Program-made: the position numbers and the translations under genes
The notes under the pieces: model-generated
The model's database searches: none
The model's input: only the letters and a program-made list of their open reading frames with translations
Told to the model about the DNA's origin: nothing
Shown here: positions 24,614 through 37,327 of the stretch, piece after piece
Position numbering within the stretch: the stretch's first letter is position 1
Layout of the letters: each line of letters starts with the position of its first letter
NCBI GenBank assembly: GCA_964016885.1
Contig: OZ024743.1
Coordinates: 105,152,001 to 105,216,000 of the forward strand
DNA: 64,000 nt
Source of the DNA: Eledone cirrhosa
Taxonomy: Eukaryota
Direction of reading: 5' to 3'

Positions 24614-25940
24614 CTTACTTGTTCCTATATATATATATATATATATATATAACATAAACTAGATAAACCCTACTCCTATATGTAAAGAGTGATCTTAGTA
24701 TATAATAAACGCTGCTTCGATGCGTTAACCTGATCTAAACTAGATACAAAGTAGGTCTTCTTTGTTGGGTTCTTAGAAATATTATTCTCATATTCAAACA
24801 TGAAACAGTATATCATTGTATCTAAAAAGTAAACAAATATTCATGTAGCCAAACAATACGGAAAACCATACGACGTTTATATCAAAGCAGAATATATGAG
24901 GGAATAGTGTGCTGTTTATTAAAAATATATGCCCTTGTAGGTATTAAACTCAATAAGTTATTGACCTTGACAACCTGATCGATTTTATCTACCATCACAC
25001 ACATCACATAATGAATCTGGAGTCGAGCAGCGACATCGCTTTTCTTTGTTTTATTCAGCTCCTACTAGGTCATATATGATTATATGTGTCCAGTAGTTTT
25101 CTCTTTCTTTAAGCACGATATTGTATTAATCGGGGAATATTGTTAGCATCTCGAATACATGTACTTTTACGGATTTTGTTAATTCTGTGGCATTTTCAAA
25201 AATCTTATAAAATTTTGTGAGAATTTCACATTGCTAATCGATTAACAGCTACAAATATAGCTCTTACTAAACCCCAAGAAAAGTGTTTTTGTTTTTCACA
25301 AATCTTTTAAATTTAGTTTACCTAAGGCTTTATATTTTTCTTTTTCATTTAATTCGCAGAGTTCTGTTTTATTATTTTTGAATTTTCCAAATTGAATTAA
25401 TCTGTTGTTTGTCACGTGGAAAATCCTTAGTTATTACATTATTCCTTTTTTGGCAGTTCAAAAATTATTTTCTCTTATCTTAAATTATGTTATCCTAAAA
25501 TTTTCTCCCACAACAATGCAGTTTTTTTCACTAAACTAAAATTGACATTTTCCTTTAATGTAAAGAAATAGTTTTTTCACTCCATCTTGGTGTTGATATT
25601 TTTAGTGCAATGCCATTATATCATAACGTTATAAGTAAACAGCATTTGAGCAAATAACTGCGTACACTATCAAACGAAAGACTCACGCAGGCACATATTC
25701 ACATATATTCACTAAGTTACGCATACACACCGCATTTAAAAAAATAAAAGTAACATAAATATGTTAAATTTACTTGCAGAATATAGCATAGATCTACGCG
25801 TGTAATGGAGAGGAGATATATTTTTCAATTATATCAATTTCGACATGTAAGTGGTATTTACTGTATATTAACTCTTGTGAAATGCAAATCACAGCTGAAT
25901 CTAGCTGAGTTTGTATTTTGATACGTCAGTTTGTATCGAT

Positions 25941-26135
25941 GGTGGTAGATTAGCAGAAATTGTAAAGAGTAGGATAATATGACGTAGACATATATGTTAT
26001 AGTCCTTTACATTGTGTTCAATTCTCGCTAACCTCAACTTTGCCTTTCATCCACCCATGGTCAATAAAATAAAGTACCGATCAAGTATTGTTCTTCCTTC
26101 AAATTTGCTGGACTTGTGCCTGAATTATAAACAAT
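25941..26135 (+). mobile_element. SINE family 1, diverged
   Basis: ggtggtagattagcagaaat..caactttgcctttcatcc..taaaataaagtacc..ttgctggacttgtgcct. Confidence 0.75.
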
Positions 26136-26177
26136 ATGCCATTTTGTATAACTTTATGGGTGCTGTTGTGGACACAA

Positions 26178-26478
26178 CATAACCGAATGGTTAAGAAGTT
26201 TGCTTCGCAATCACTAGAATTTGGGTCCGATCCCACTGCGGGCCCAATTGGGCATGTATCATTTAACATATCCTCGGGTCTATCAATGACTAGTGAGTGA
26301 AACTGGTAAACGAAAACTGTTTGGAAGCCGTCAAACGACCAGCTTTGTCACTCACTTTGACATACTGAATCTCCCTGAGAATTACATTAAAGGTGCACAT
26401 GCCAGTGACTTGCATATTAATTTCACGAGCCGGCTGTTCCATTGATTGAAAAATTGGATCGCTCAGCGTCGCAACCAA
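26178..26478 (+). mobile_element. tRNA-derived SINE family 2 (CORE-like centre)
   Basis: tRNA-like head (aatggttaagaagtttgcttcgcaatc..gggtccgatccc). Tail gaatctccctgagaattac..ttaatttcacgagc..ctgttccattgat is shared with 33225-33475, 41660-42140 and 42890-43232. Confidence 0.65.
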
Positions 26479-28201
26479 TGAAGGTTCATTCTATTTCATT
26501 TTATTCTATTCTGTAGGATTGAAAAGACTAAGGATCAAAGGAACGATGAGTTAACTAGAAAGAGAACATTTATTCCCTAGTTTTTAAGCTTCATAACTGA
26601 ATCCTCTTGTTTTGTTGCTTTCTTATTTGAAAGTATGTAGTCTCATCGTCAGATGCTACAACATAAGCTAACAATAAAATAGTTGAACATGTTAGGTATA
26701 GAAACACCTGGAGACGGAAAAATTGGACCGAGTTGCATTCGGGATTGGTAACATATCCGTCCAGCATATTGTAGATACAATCTCGTTGATTGCAGTCGGT
26801 TCTATCTACTGGTTTCCATCTCTAGAAGTTTGCCCAACATTTATGACTACTTTGTAGTCCGACCTTTGTTATAGCAGCTTGCCTTAAACTAACACTTTCA
26901 GAATTGAAATTTTCTGAAAACTTCATAAAATAATTCTTCCTTTTTTCTTGTCATTTATTTATTTGGCAATATTTTTTCTGATAGAAACTATTATTTTTCA
27001 TTCAAAACTATTATTATGAATTCAAGATTTTCTACATCATGGCGTACTACTTTTTATTTTACTATAAAATTTCACGTCTTTCAGTTAAGAAAAAATAAGC
27101 TCAACCTTTATAATCTGTTATTGAAATATTAAAAAAAATTTCGAATAAAATAAGTTCACCATCTCTATTTATATATATTTCAGCGCAGTCTTTATTCAAT
27201 AACCACACAGATTTCCCAGAAACTGAAGAAACATATAAAAAAAAAAAAAAAACCCCAGATGAAATGATAACAACAAATAAAACAATAATGGCAAAAATAA
27301 CCACAAAACCCCAACCAAAAGAAGATTAATGGATTACGTTCCCTTGACAAGGCAAAACTAAAAAAAAGTGAAATCATGCAGTCGTTTTGCACACAAATCA
27401 TCTCTTAACATCAGATATTTAAGATAGGAAAGCAAAATAAATGAAATAATTTCTGTAGAGTAAAGTTAAAGTTACCAAAGTTTTGAGTTATTAAAATAAG
27501 ATTGCGGCTATTTCTATTTGTCTTGAGGTGAACCATATGTCAGAAGAAAGAGAGAGAGAGAGAGAGTGAGAGAGAGAAAGAGAGAGAAAGAGAGAGAAGA
27601 GAGAATAGATAGATAGAGAAAGAGAGGAGGGATTCCCTTACAATGCAGAAGAGTATTTCGTCTAAACAATCGCTCTTGATCCAGAATTCGTTAAGTTGTC
27701 GGAACATTTCTTTTCATTCTGTCATTGTCATATGCTTGTTACTCGCAGGCAAATTATTCTTTCAATATTAACTATATAAGCAGAAATAATGACAAAAGAA
27801 TCCATTTTCTTGCTTGTGCCAGCCGATATTTCTGTGGAGGAAACTTATTCAGTTACAATTATATCAATTATAAACTCAGTAACGTTGTCGAAAGCTTTAT
27901 TTACCTGCTCATTAATTTTAAACAATGCATCCCATAACAGCATTTCATCAGGAAACCTGCATTTTATTTTTCTATGAAATTCCATAACTTCGGAATTTCC
28001 ATTATAAATTGAATATCCTTACGCCCTCTACATACCGATACAAATACACAAACAAAAATACACAAACACAAACACACAAGACATGAATACAGACATAAAA
28101 TAACACCTATGGTCACACCGCAGATAGATAGGCTGGCGTGTATCTAACGAATTTCTACAATTCTACAGTTTTCCTAAACATATTCCATTATACTTATAAA
28201 A

Positions 28202-28390
28202 GGTGGTGAATTGGAAGTATCGGTAGAGGGTCGGACGCCATGCTTTGCAGCACAGTTACGTCTCTTTACGGACTGAGTTCAAATCTCGCCGAGGTTAACT
28301 TTGCCTTTCATCCTTACGGGGTCGATAAAATAAAGTGCCAGTAATGCACTGGGTAATTGCTGGCCTTGTGCCATAAGTAGAAACAATTAT
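28202..28390 (+). mobile_element. SINE family 1, young full-length
   Basis: A box/B box (gagttcaaatc), Nin-like gcctttcatccttacggggtcgataaaataaagt, attatt tail. Near-identical to 46233 and 61601. Confidence 0.9.
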
Positions 28391-28571
28391 ACTTATATAA
28401 GTAGAAATACACAAATTTTTCCATGTTACTCATTCTCCTTTGTCTCATTATGTATATTCTTAAATATTTCTCTTCATTCTTTCTTAATTTCTTCATAGCT
28501 TTGTTATTTATTTCAGTGTCTATCTGTCTATACGTACACCTTTTTATCTGTTAACATACGCACACACATAA

Positions 28572-28639
<68 letters not shown>

Positions 28640-29719
28640 ATATATATATATATAAATATATAAAGGGAAGATGGACATTGTTTGGTGTTCCGAACTTGCA
28701 TGCTACACCGGTCATCCAATTTTCATGAAACCTCACACATATATAAAACTCAACGCGTAGAGTGGAATAGGCGACTTGACATTTTCGAAAAATTGATAAT
28801 CGGGCCCTATGACAGAATGTTTTTTGATTCCAATGAAATTTTATGTGAATTCGAACACAAGAACTCTTAGTTTACATCTGGCGCAATAAAAATAAATTTC
28901 ATATGCCCATATAAGGACGTGCGTTATTGATTGGACGGCCAGTTGCATGTCTTCCCAGCTGTCTCAGACCGACCATTAAAGAGTTTATCTTTTCATATTC
29001 CACCTTATTCAAGTGGAAATACAATATTATCCCTATCTGAAAAGGGAACCAAATTTAATGGTGTCTTTTGTGATGCTAAAAGCTGTGAGTAAATTTTCAA
29101 ACAGTCTTAAATAATCATGCTTTTTGAAAAAAAAAAATTACTAAATAATACGTTGACCAAGTTGTATTGTACACATACAAAGTTGTAAAAAATGTTACGT
29201 ACGTACAAATGTTTTCCTTTTTTAAACAAAAGATTCTAAAAAATTACTTAATTTATAATACAGTCTTTTGCACAGGAACTGAGTAACTTTTCGGGTGTTT
29301 AAACGTAAGTTCACCAGGGTTTGTGTCTTCATTATTAGCCCACCTCTAATGGCATTTTTTGTTCTGCTTACGACTAAATGTTATGAGCGTATTTGCAATT
29401 AATTGCGCACACGTGCACACCTGCATGCAGATAGACACTGACAGCCAATAAAAAATCGATAACTTGCTTATTAAGATATCGGTCAAAAAGAGAAATTGAA
29501 TGTACTTTAGAATATTTTTTGAATATATTGTTCTTTTTGGCATGATATGTCAGAAATATAGCTACTATACACTTTGGTTATTTTTTGTGACTAAAAAACG
29601 GTTCCTTTTGGGTGGATACTTAACGAGAAAAATCCTAGGGTTTTGGACAAGTTTGTTTCAGGCGCTGTATAGACGCCTATTTTGTCACACCTTGGTCATG
29701 AATTCGTATTCTTTTCCAA

Positions 29720-29978
29720 TAGATATTTTCCGCTCTATAAGGCTCACCAGGATATAAGGCGTATCATTTAAAATCAGGTCCGTGCAACGGCGTGTAAGGC
29801 CAACCAGGAAAATGCTATCTTCTTTACTTTTAGTCTAGATCTATTACTTCTGTTAGAGCCGTGATTGATTACCATTGTATTATTTATACATAAGGCTCAC
29901 CGGAGTATAAAGCGCAGAGCAGTTTTTTGATTAAATTTAATTATTTTAAGTGCAATTTATAGACCGGAAAATTCGGTA
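29720..29978. mobile_element. Tc2/pogo-like MITE nested in the Helitron
   Basis: Imperfect TIRs tattttccgctctataa / tatagaccggaaaattcggta, with tataaggctcacc subterminal repeats. Confidence 0.6.
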
Positions 29979-30100
29979 AGTTATTGTAATCATATTTCCA
30001 AACCTTCCCATTCACCAGTAACCATGCTAACGAATCTGGTGTCATCTCTCTCTGTATTTAATCACCTCTCTCTAACCTAACAGCTTCGTTACACGTCGTT

Positions 30101-30585
30101 ATTCCCACACGGAAACGTTCAAGACTTACCTCCAAAAAAGGTACAGCTACTGCTTTGAGACAACGAATTAGGCGTTCTCAAGTGTGAGTTCATTCACAAT
30201 TGATTAATCCTTTATGCAATATTCTCCCTTAATGTTAGCAAGTACTGCGTTTATCCTAACTGTCACAATTTTAAGCAACTACAACATTCTAATCGTAGTT
30301 ATATTAAATTTATTGTCTTACCTTGATTCCATTTTGTTCATGTTAGACTTTTCTCATTTACTATTGACACTGCCATTGGCTTAGCTAACCAGTAGAATTA
30401 ATTAATTTTCTCTAGGAAACACCTGCTGAGCGCGAATCTCGACTCGCTGATAGACGTCTTTCCCGGCTGGTTGAATCACCAACATCACGTACGACAAGGC
30501 TTGCTGATGTTCGCCTTCGTCGCCAACAAGCGCTGACGGAGGAATCACCAACATCCCGTCAGACGAGGCTTGAGGCTGTGGCAAA
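30101..30585 (+). pseudogene. Two-exon remnant of a Helitron RepHel N-terminus (basic leader plus STPR-like repeats)
   Basis: 30101-30181 IPTRKRSRLTSKKGTATALRQRIRRSQ, then GT at 30182. Acceptor ttttctctag ends at 30415. Then in phase ETPAERESRLADRR..ESPTSRTTRLADVR..EESPTSRQTRLE. Confidence 0.65.
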
Positions 30586-31262
30586 GGGCAATAACCCTAG
30601 ATACAATTTTGATCAACTTTTTTTCACCTATAGCAAATTTACCGGGACAGGTTTTTATCTACTCAAATCTACTTCAGAGATCACGCATTGATGTAAAAAA
30701 TCAATAAAACTGAAGCGGGGCTCGACTTTGCGCAAAAAAACAAGGCAAAGTTACACATGGGAAAACTTTTTACAGGAACGTCCTATATTCTTAAAAACTC
30801 ACAAAAGACTCGCCATTATGTCGCGGTTAAGATAAAGGCCCTTTTAATTCTTCTTCTGCACATGTGAGCGCAAAAATTGTGACCCCCCCCCCCGAAAGTA
30901 ATCGACATTTTCACCCTGCTTTAAATTAACTGAACATTCAATATCAAGCGATTTTGACTTCCGTCAGTCGTGCAGAGAACAATTTCAACGATACACTGTG
31001 TAACTACAATTAATAAATTACACACCTGTGTCTACTAACCCATTTTTTTTCATTGAAGTTCGAAGTTTTGAACCTGTGATGCGCGGGAAGTAACTTTCAC
31101 ACATTCTAACAGACCAAAGGTCGACTTACACCTGGGCAACGCCGGGTACTTCTGCTAGTATATATATACACACATGAAGAAACTTTGTAAATTGTTCTTC
31201 GTGTTTGTATTTGCCGTTTTTCACTGTTGGAATATATATATACAGATGTATATCTCAATTCT

Positions 31263-31300
31263 ACTTTTGAAAATCAGAAGAACTGCGAAACCGGTAAAGG
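31263..31300 (+). ncRNA. Minimal hammerhead-like motif, U3-A8 core, in orphan pLTR 31170-31425
   Basis: actt TTGAAAA tcag aagaa ctgc GAAA CCGG TA aagg. Downstream sequence matches the pLTR at 39660-39732. Confidence 0.6.
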
Positions 31301-31422
31301 AACCAAATAAATATATATTAAAAAAGGACTCCAGTTGCATTTTCGATTTCATCTTTTTTCCTTATACTTTTACTCGTGTAGGATACTTCGGTTATTTTTA
31401 ATTTTGTAAAAAAAAAAACCAC

Positions 31423-31546
<124 letters not shown>

Positions 31547-31673
31547 TATAATATCTCTCTTTCTGTCTCTTTTTCTCATATCTACATACATGCATATATC
31601 GATACGTTCACTACACCCACACACAAGCACACACACATACACATATGCACGCACACACACATAGACACACACG

Positions 31674-31736
<63 letters not shown>

Positions 31737-31737
<1 letters not shown>

Positions 31738-32480
31738 TTGAAAAAATTGATTCCACTTCATTTACTCTCATCTCGGGAACAATTTTGAATAGCGCCAGTT
31801 CGTAATTTGAATTCGTGAATTTATATTCTTCGAATGAAAAGATCCTTCTGACGAGATTCTTTCTTTGCAACGAAGGCCGTATGGGCTCCGTTTATTTTTG
31901 AGAATCGAAACCGAATCGGTAAAGGTAACCATAGTAAGTAAAGTTAATTTTTTAAAATTTATTTTGAAACTTTTTCTTATTTGCTAAACCTTGATTATAT
32001 ATGTTCTGGCTCGTTAATTTATTAACCTGCCATTGAAGCACATTGGCATATGGTTGGACAATACATGTGTCCCTTAGCGCCTTGTGCGTGTAGGAACACA
32101 TATTCTATTATTACTATTCTCCTCTATGTTGAGAAAAAATTTGGTCGTTCTGACTGCTGCTAGTTATAGCGGTAGCCGACTGACCTCCCTGCCTCTGCCT
32201 CTATCTTTACACTCGGCCATTGAAAAAATTGATTCCACTTCATTTTCTCTCATCTCGGGAACAATTTTGAATAGCGCCAGTTCGTAATTTGAATTCGAGA
32301 ATTTATATTCTTCGAATGAAAAGATCCTTCTGACGAGATTCTTTCTTTGCAACGAAGGCCGTATGGACTCCGTTTATTTTTGAGAATCGAAATCGAATCG
32401 GTAAAGGTAACCATAGTAAGTAAAGTTAATTTTAAAAAATTTATTTTGAAACTTTTTCTTATTTGCTAAACCTTGATCAT
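31737..32480 (+). repeat. ~260-bp direct repeat pair (31737-31997 / 32220-32480) between (TA)n tracts, probable tandem pLTRs
   Basis: Near-identical copies (ORF track gives the same [18 protein letters not shown] peptide). Ends in ..cggtaaaggtaacc, like the other pLTRs. Confidence 0.8.
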
Positions 32481-33224
32481 ATATATATATATCGAATAGT
32501 ATCTATACATTTCTATGAGGTTCGTAACAATTTATAAACATGTATCTCCGTAATCAAATGCATCAATGTATTGCATATATCCTTAACATTATGGGACCCG
32601 CATAACGATGTATTCTGTCATTAAATATCTAACGTAGGCCACACCTGCTGGCTTTGCTTTAAATACGAGCATGAATTGAATCATTCATCTGGGTGGAAGG
32701 AATCATTGATGACTAACATTGCGAAATGCGGGTGACAAGAGATTGACATATTGGGAAATTGGACTTGCCACTTTGAGCTTCATTAATAGTGTAATTTGAT
32801 ATGTGCAGATATTGAAAGAAATATAGTGAACGTAACGACATGTACAGTAGAACTAAGAAGTTTCCACAATAACTATTTTATTTTAGTAGAAATATAATCA
32901 AGGGTAGTAAATTGGCAGATTTGCTAGAACGTCGTATAGAATGTTTTGTAGTATTCGTTCCAGAGTTTTGAGCTCAAATCCTGACACAGTAATTTCTACT
33001 ACAACTCAACGAAACTCCCACTGTCACTACCTCCGTCTCTCCCACTTTCCCCAAATCTCACTATTATGAGTAAATGGAGGCCCACGCACTGGCCACCCCG
33101 CGGCCTTGGTGAACCGTTCTACCGTTGAGATTTACTAATCTTCCTACACATGCTACATTACTTGGCTCCTTAAATATCAACTTTTGTCCATCCAATCAGA
33201 ACGTTTATAAACGGTCGATCATGC

Positions 33225-33475
33225 GAAAGCACGTGGTTTAATAGTTTGAGCAAGAATATATTTTACGTTGCTCGTGTCGACTCAGCTGCCAAAAATGAGT
33301 TGTACCTGTAATTCTAAGTGTCAGCTTTATGAGACACTGTGTCTCTCTGTATCTACATAAAAACTACGCTAAGTGTGTAAATGTCTGGGGATTGATTAGC
33401 TTCTTGCACCTTAATTTCGTGAGCAGGATGTTCTGATGTTCGAACAATTCGAACACTCGTCGTTGCAGCGAAGAG
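33225..33475 (+). mobile_element. SINE family 2, diverged
   Basis: cttaatttcgtgagcaggatgttctgatg..acactcgtcgttgc tail. Confidence 0.55.
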
Positions 33476-34252
33476 CGGTCAAACACGTTTGCTCAATTTG
33501 CTACAAATTACTAAGTCTCTGTCGACACAGAAAGTGGAAGATGCTTTGAAGAAGCAAGAAACAATAAAAACAATAGAGTCAACAACAAAGACTACAACAA
33601 CCAAATGATGACTAAATTCATTCACAGATTTTCCAAGAATTTGAGGAATATTTGGCAACATTCTATATTATAATTGAAAGATATCGGTATATCTGAAGTG
33701 TATAATCACCTAATCATAATTAATTTCTGTACATACACGAATCGTTAAGAGTTCTGAAGAAATATTTAACATTTTTTTCTCATTGCCTTTCGAAAGGCGG
33801 GAAAAAGATGTTTGTTTTCATAAAATAACTTGATTGATATGTTTTCATTGCGAAAGACACGCGAGAAACCTAATCAATAAATAATCAGGCATGTTTATTT
33901 CACTTTCTCTAACGCATGTAAACATATGACGATGATGATGAATATCACGATATATTATGATAAATATATATATATATATATATAAACGGAAAAAATGAAA
34001 CGAAATTTCATTTTTCACTCTTAGTACGGCTGTTACTTAAATATAAGTATGCATACGTACATACATATATGTATGCAGACGTACAGTAGTATGTATACAC
34101 ATATATACATACATGCACATATATATATATGTACGTATGGATTCACCCAACATTCACTATAATGCTCGGTGTGTTTGTAATCAAACATCCCGAATTAAGC
34201 CGTACAGTGTCTAGCAACCATCGTTGCTCATTTGTTCAACACTGACAAAGGA

Positions 34253-34295
34253 ACGCTGTACTAGTTTCAAGCTTAATAGCTATCGTCAGCAACGT
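34253..34295 (-). ncRNA. Minimal type I hammerhead ribozyme in orphan pLTR 33985-34370
   Basis: Minus strand: acgttg CTGACGA tagct atta agctt GAAA CTAG TA cagcgt. Confidence 0.82.
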
Positions 34296-34368
34296 ATACC
34301 TTCCTGCCAGATGGTTGAACGTCTGAAAGTATAAACTTTCCTTATGCATATTAACGGCTGAGCAGCAG

Positions 34369-34410
<42 letters not shown>

Positions 34411-34448
34411 ATTAAATAAATGGAAAACTATATTTATAAAACCATATT

Positions 34449-34511
34449 TATTTCATTATATATATTTCGGGGATATATTAACAATATGCTATGCCTTCAT
34501 CAGACAAAATA
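34449..34511 (-). ncRNA. Type I hammerhead motif in fold-back pLTR 34405-34640
   Basis: Minus strand: tattttgt CTGATGA aggcatagc..tatcccc GAAA TATATA TA atgaaata. Flanked by the inverted repeat 34407-34441/34514-34550. Confidence 0.7.
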
Positions 34512-34637
34512 TATTTTATAAATATAGTTTTCCATTTATTTAATATTGTAAATATACTCCAAATATTTGTCGAGTGCTTTTATACCAGTTATAAATATTT
34601 ACTAGTTGTAACCCAACAATTTTAAATATAACTTTCC

Positions 34638-34716
<79 letters not shown>

Positions 34717-34858
34717 TGTATGATTGTGTATAGAAGATTATATTAATAAAAGGAATTCCAACTTTGTCTGATTTACTCGTTTTATTTACAATCCTTTAAA
34801 ATTTATAATGGTATTATAATGAAATAGTATGATAGAATATTAAATGTTAAGTGTTAAT

Positions 34859-34897
34859 TGAACAAGTACTTTCATGCTTTCGCAATCTTCAGGTTCA
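34859..34897 (-). ncRNA. Minimal type I hammerhead ribozyme
   Basis: Minus strand: tgaac CTGAAGA ttgc gaaa gcat GAAA GTAC TT gttca. Confidence 0.82.
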
Positions 34898-35271
34898 TAA
34901 TGTGTGGTGACAGTCAAGTTTGCAATTTTCAACTGTAATGAGATGGGTAAATTTTGTACCTTATATACAGTGAAAAGTGGCTCCAGAATGCTAAATCTTG
35001 CAAACTGTATTTCGACCAATCGGTGTGTAGTTTCACTGAATTACTAAAGCTGATTGGTTTAGGCGTCACGGTTGGTTGAGCATGTCTAACGACCACTAAT
35101 TGATCCTATCCAAAGCATCAATTGTTTTGCTATTTTTAGAAATGATGAAAATAGCATTTTCTAGTAATCATCACTGTCAACATCACTTTTATTATTATTA
35201 TTATTGTTGTTGTTGTTGTTAGTGGTCGTAGTCGACATGGTCGTAGTCATAGTCATAGTAGGAGTAATCAC

Positions 35272-35457
35272 CCATTTTGGCAGTATTGGTAGAGGGTCGG
35301 ACGCCATGCCCTGCAGCACAGAGCCACGGCCCTTTATGACCTGAGCCCAAATCCCGCCAGGGCCAACCTTGCCCCCATCCCTACGGGGGTCGATAAAACA
35401 AAGTACCAGCAATACACTGGGTAATTGCTGGCCCTGTACCAAAAGCAGAAACAATCA
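35272..35457 (+). mobile_element. SINE family 1
   Basis: ttggcagtattggtagagggtcggacgccatg..gggggtcgataaaac..gaaacaatc. Confidence 0.85.
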
Positions 35458-36055
35458 TTGTTCATTTAGCTTGGGTTTGAATTTATCAATAAAATTCTTT
35501 TCTTTGATTTTTCTCTTGATTTCACTTGGGCTGTGTAATTTGTAGAATCGGAATATGATAATATTCCCTGACCACATGTTGCTAGATGGTTACTTAGGGG
35601 TATCTGACGGACATTTGGGTCTCTGATTTGCTCTCGGTGTACCCGTGCACGTTCCAGTTTGACCGACATATAGTTCTTCACAATTCGGACATTTAATGCA
35701 GTAAATTAGATTTCTGCTTTTGCAGTTCATATTTGCATTTGGGAATATTTTTCCAGTTTTTGTTTTCATATATTGACCGGCGTGTATAGATTGACATAGT
35801 GCCGCATAATTCCGAACAGGACTGTGCAGTGCTAAACCTAACATTTCCCAGGAAATAGAGGAATGAACACATAACATTAACAGAACAAAAGTTATACCTG
35901 AGTGAACAACGACGTCGTTGGATCATTTGTTAAATCATAACCAAGTAATATACACATATACAATGAATAACTCCATATATATATACCAGTCGTGTTACTA
36001 TAGTCAAAACAAAAATAAAAACGTATAGAATAAACATGGCTAAGGAAAAAGAAGG

Positions 36056-36091
<36 letters not shown>

Positions 36092-36396
36092 TGGGGGGGG
36101 GGGGGGAGAAAAGAAGGACGAGCAGAAATAGAAAGAGAATAACATTAGAAAGAAGTTTCGATCGGTCTTTCCGTTGATGCTATCAGTCGGTGGTTTCAGT
36201 TGGTAGAAGAAGCTACACAACATAAAATATTAGGCAGAAGAACACAACACGCCGACTGGACGAGGAATCGAACCCACGATTGACAGTGATTCCATAACCA
36301 TAACCACAGGGCTACATTCTTTCTAAAATAAGGAGAACAAGAATAACATGGAAGACAGTAGAAATAGATAGATGACGGACAATAATTACAAATAAT

Positions 36397-36614
36397 TGTT
36401 TTTGATTTAGGCATAAGGCAAATAATTGCAGTGGCGGGGAAAATCGATTAAATCGATCCCAGTGCACTACTGGTGCTTTATTTTATCGACCCAGTAAGGA
36501 TGAAAAGCAAAGCTAACGTCCACGGGATTTGTGAACACTTAACGTAAAGGGCCGTAACTATGTACTGCAAAGCATGGTGTCTGATACTCTACTGATGTTG
36601 CCAATCCACCGCCC
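36397..36614 (-). mobile_element. SINE family 1 (long-tail subfamily)
   Basis: Reverse complement of gggcggtggattggcaac..gtcgataaaataaagcaccag. Bounded by attacaaataat. Confidence 0.85.
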
Positions 36615-36626
36615 ATTACAAATAAT

Positions 36627-36810
36627 TGTTTCTACTTTAGGCACAAGGCCAGGAATTACCCCAGTGTATTAATGGTACTTTATTTTATCGGCCCCGTAAG
36701 GATGAAAGGCAAAGTCAACCTCGGCGAGATTTGAACTCAGATCGTAAAGGGACGTAACTATGCTGGAAAGCATGGCGTCCGACACTACCGATACTGCCAA
36801 TCCACCTCCC
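36627..36810 (-). mobile_element. SINE family 1 (short-tail subfamily)
   Basis: Matches 28202/46233 in reverse. Bounded by attacaaataat. Confidence 0.9.
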
Positions 36811-37284
36811 ATTACAAATAATGAGAAAGCAAAGAAAACAGAAAAACAAATTAAAATATACTTTTATTATATTATATTTTAAAATCGTTTTACGATATTT
36901 TTTTCAAAAACCTACAGAATTAAAATATGTTGAAAAAATTGTGTCATTTCACTCTGAAGAAATCTTCCCTCTCTCTCAATATTACCGTAGGAGGATAAAG
37001 AAAGAAAAGAAAGTGACAACAAAAACGTGAAACTATTTACGTATATGTATACATACAGATAGACAGACAGACAGACACACACAAACACACATACACACGC
37101 ACAAACACAGAAACACACACCTATATATATGTGTGTGTGTTTGTGTGTGTATGTATATATATATCTATACATACACATACTCAGGCATCGACACAGACAC
37201 CCACACGCACACCCACACACATATATCTAAGTTTGGATCTAGCTGTCGAAACGGCCGGAGCTCAGCCGTCGGGGTTCTGAATCT

Positions 37285-37327
<43 letters not shown>

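Larger units (their letters stand above)
20236..24628 (+). mobile_element. Naiad-type Penelope-like element with inverted 5' pLTR (20236-20584) and 3' pLTR (24356-24628)
   Basis: 20311-20584 is the reverse complement of 24356-24628. RT plus GIY-YIG ORF lies between them. Both ends abut (TA)n. Confidence 0.9.
28637..31158 (+). mobile_element. Internally deleted Helitron retaining N-terminal RepHel (STPR-like) exons
   Basis: A|TCTATATATA..AAA start. 3' hairpin cctgggcaacgccggg + tacttctg CTAG|T. Internal ETPAERESRL-type repeats at 30416-30585. Confidence 0.78.
34740..35800 (-). pseudogene. PLE 3' part: GIY-YIG remnant (35466-35790), 3' UTR and pLTR, interrupted by a SINE
   Basis: MNCKSRNLIYCIKCPNCEELYVGQTG, RARVHREQIRDPNVRQIPLSNHLATC, and an HHR at 34859-34897. 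Confidence 0.85.

Noticed and set aside
27640-27960. Minus-strand DEMLLWDALF..AFD frame as a transposase or exon remnant
   Set aside because: Multiple stops, no convincing motif and no TIRs seen
36255-36316. tRNA gene candidates (also 40205-40270 and the SINE heads)
   Set aside because: Only A/B-box-like remnants without a full cloverleaf; these are tRNA-derived SINE heads
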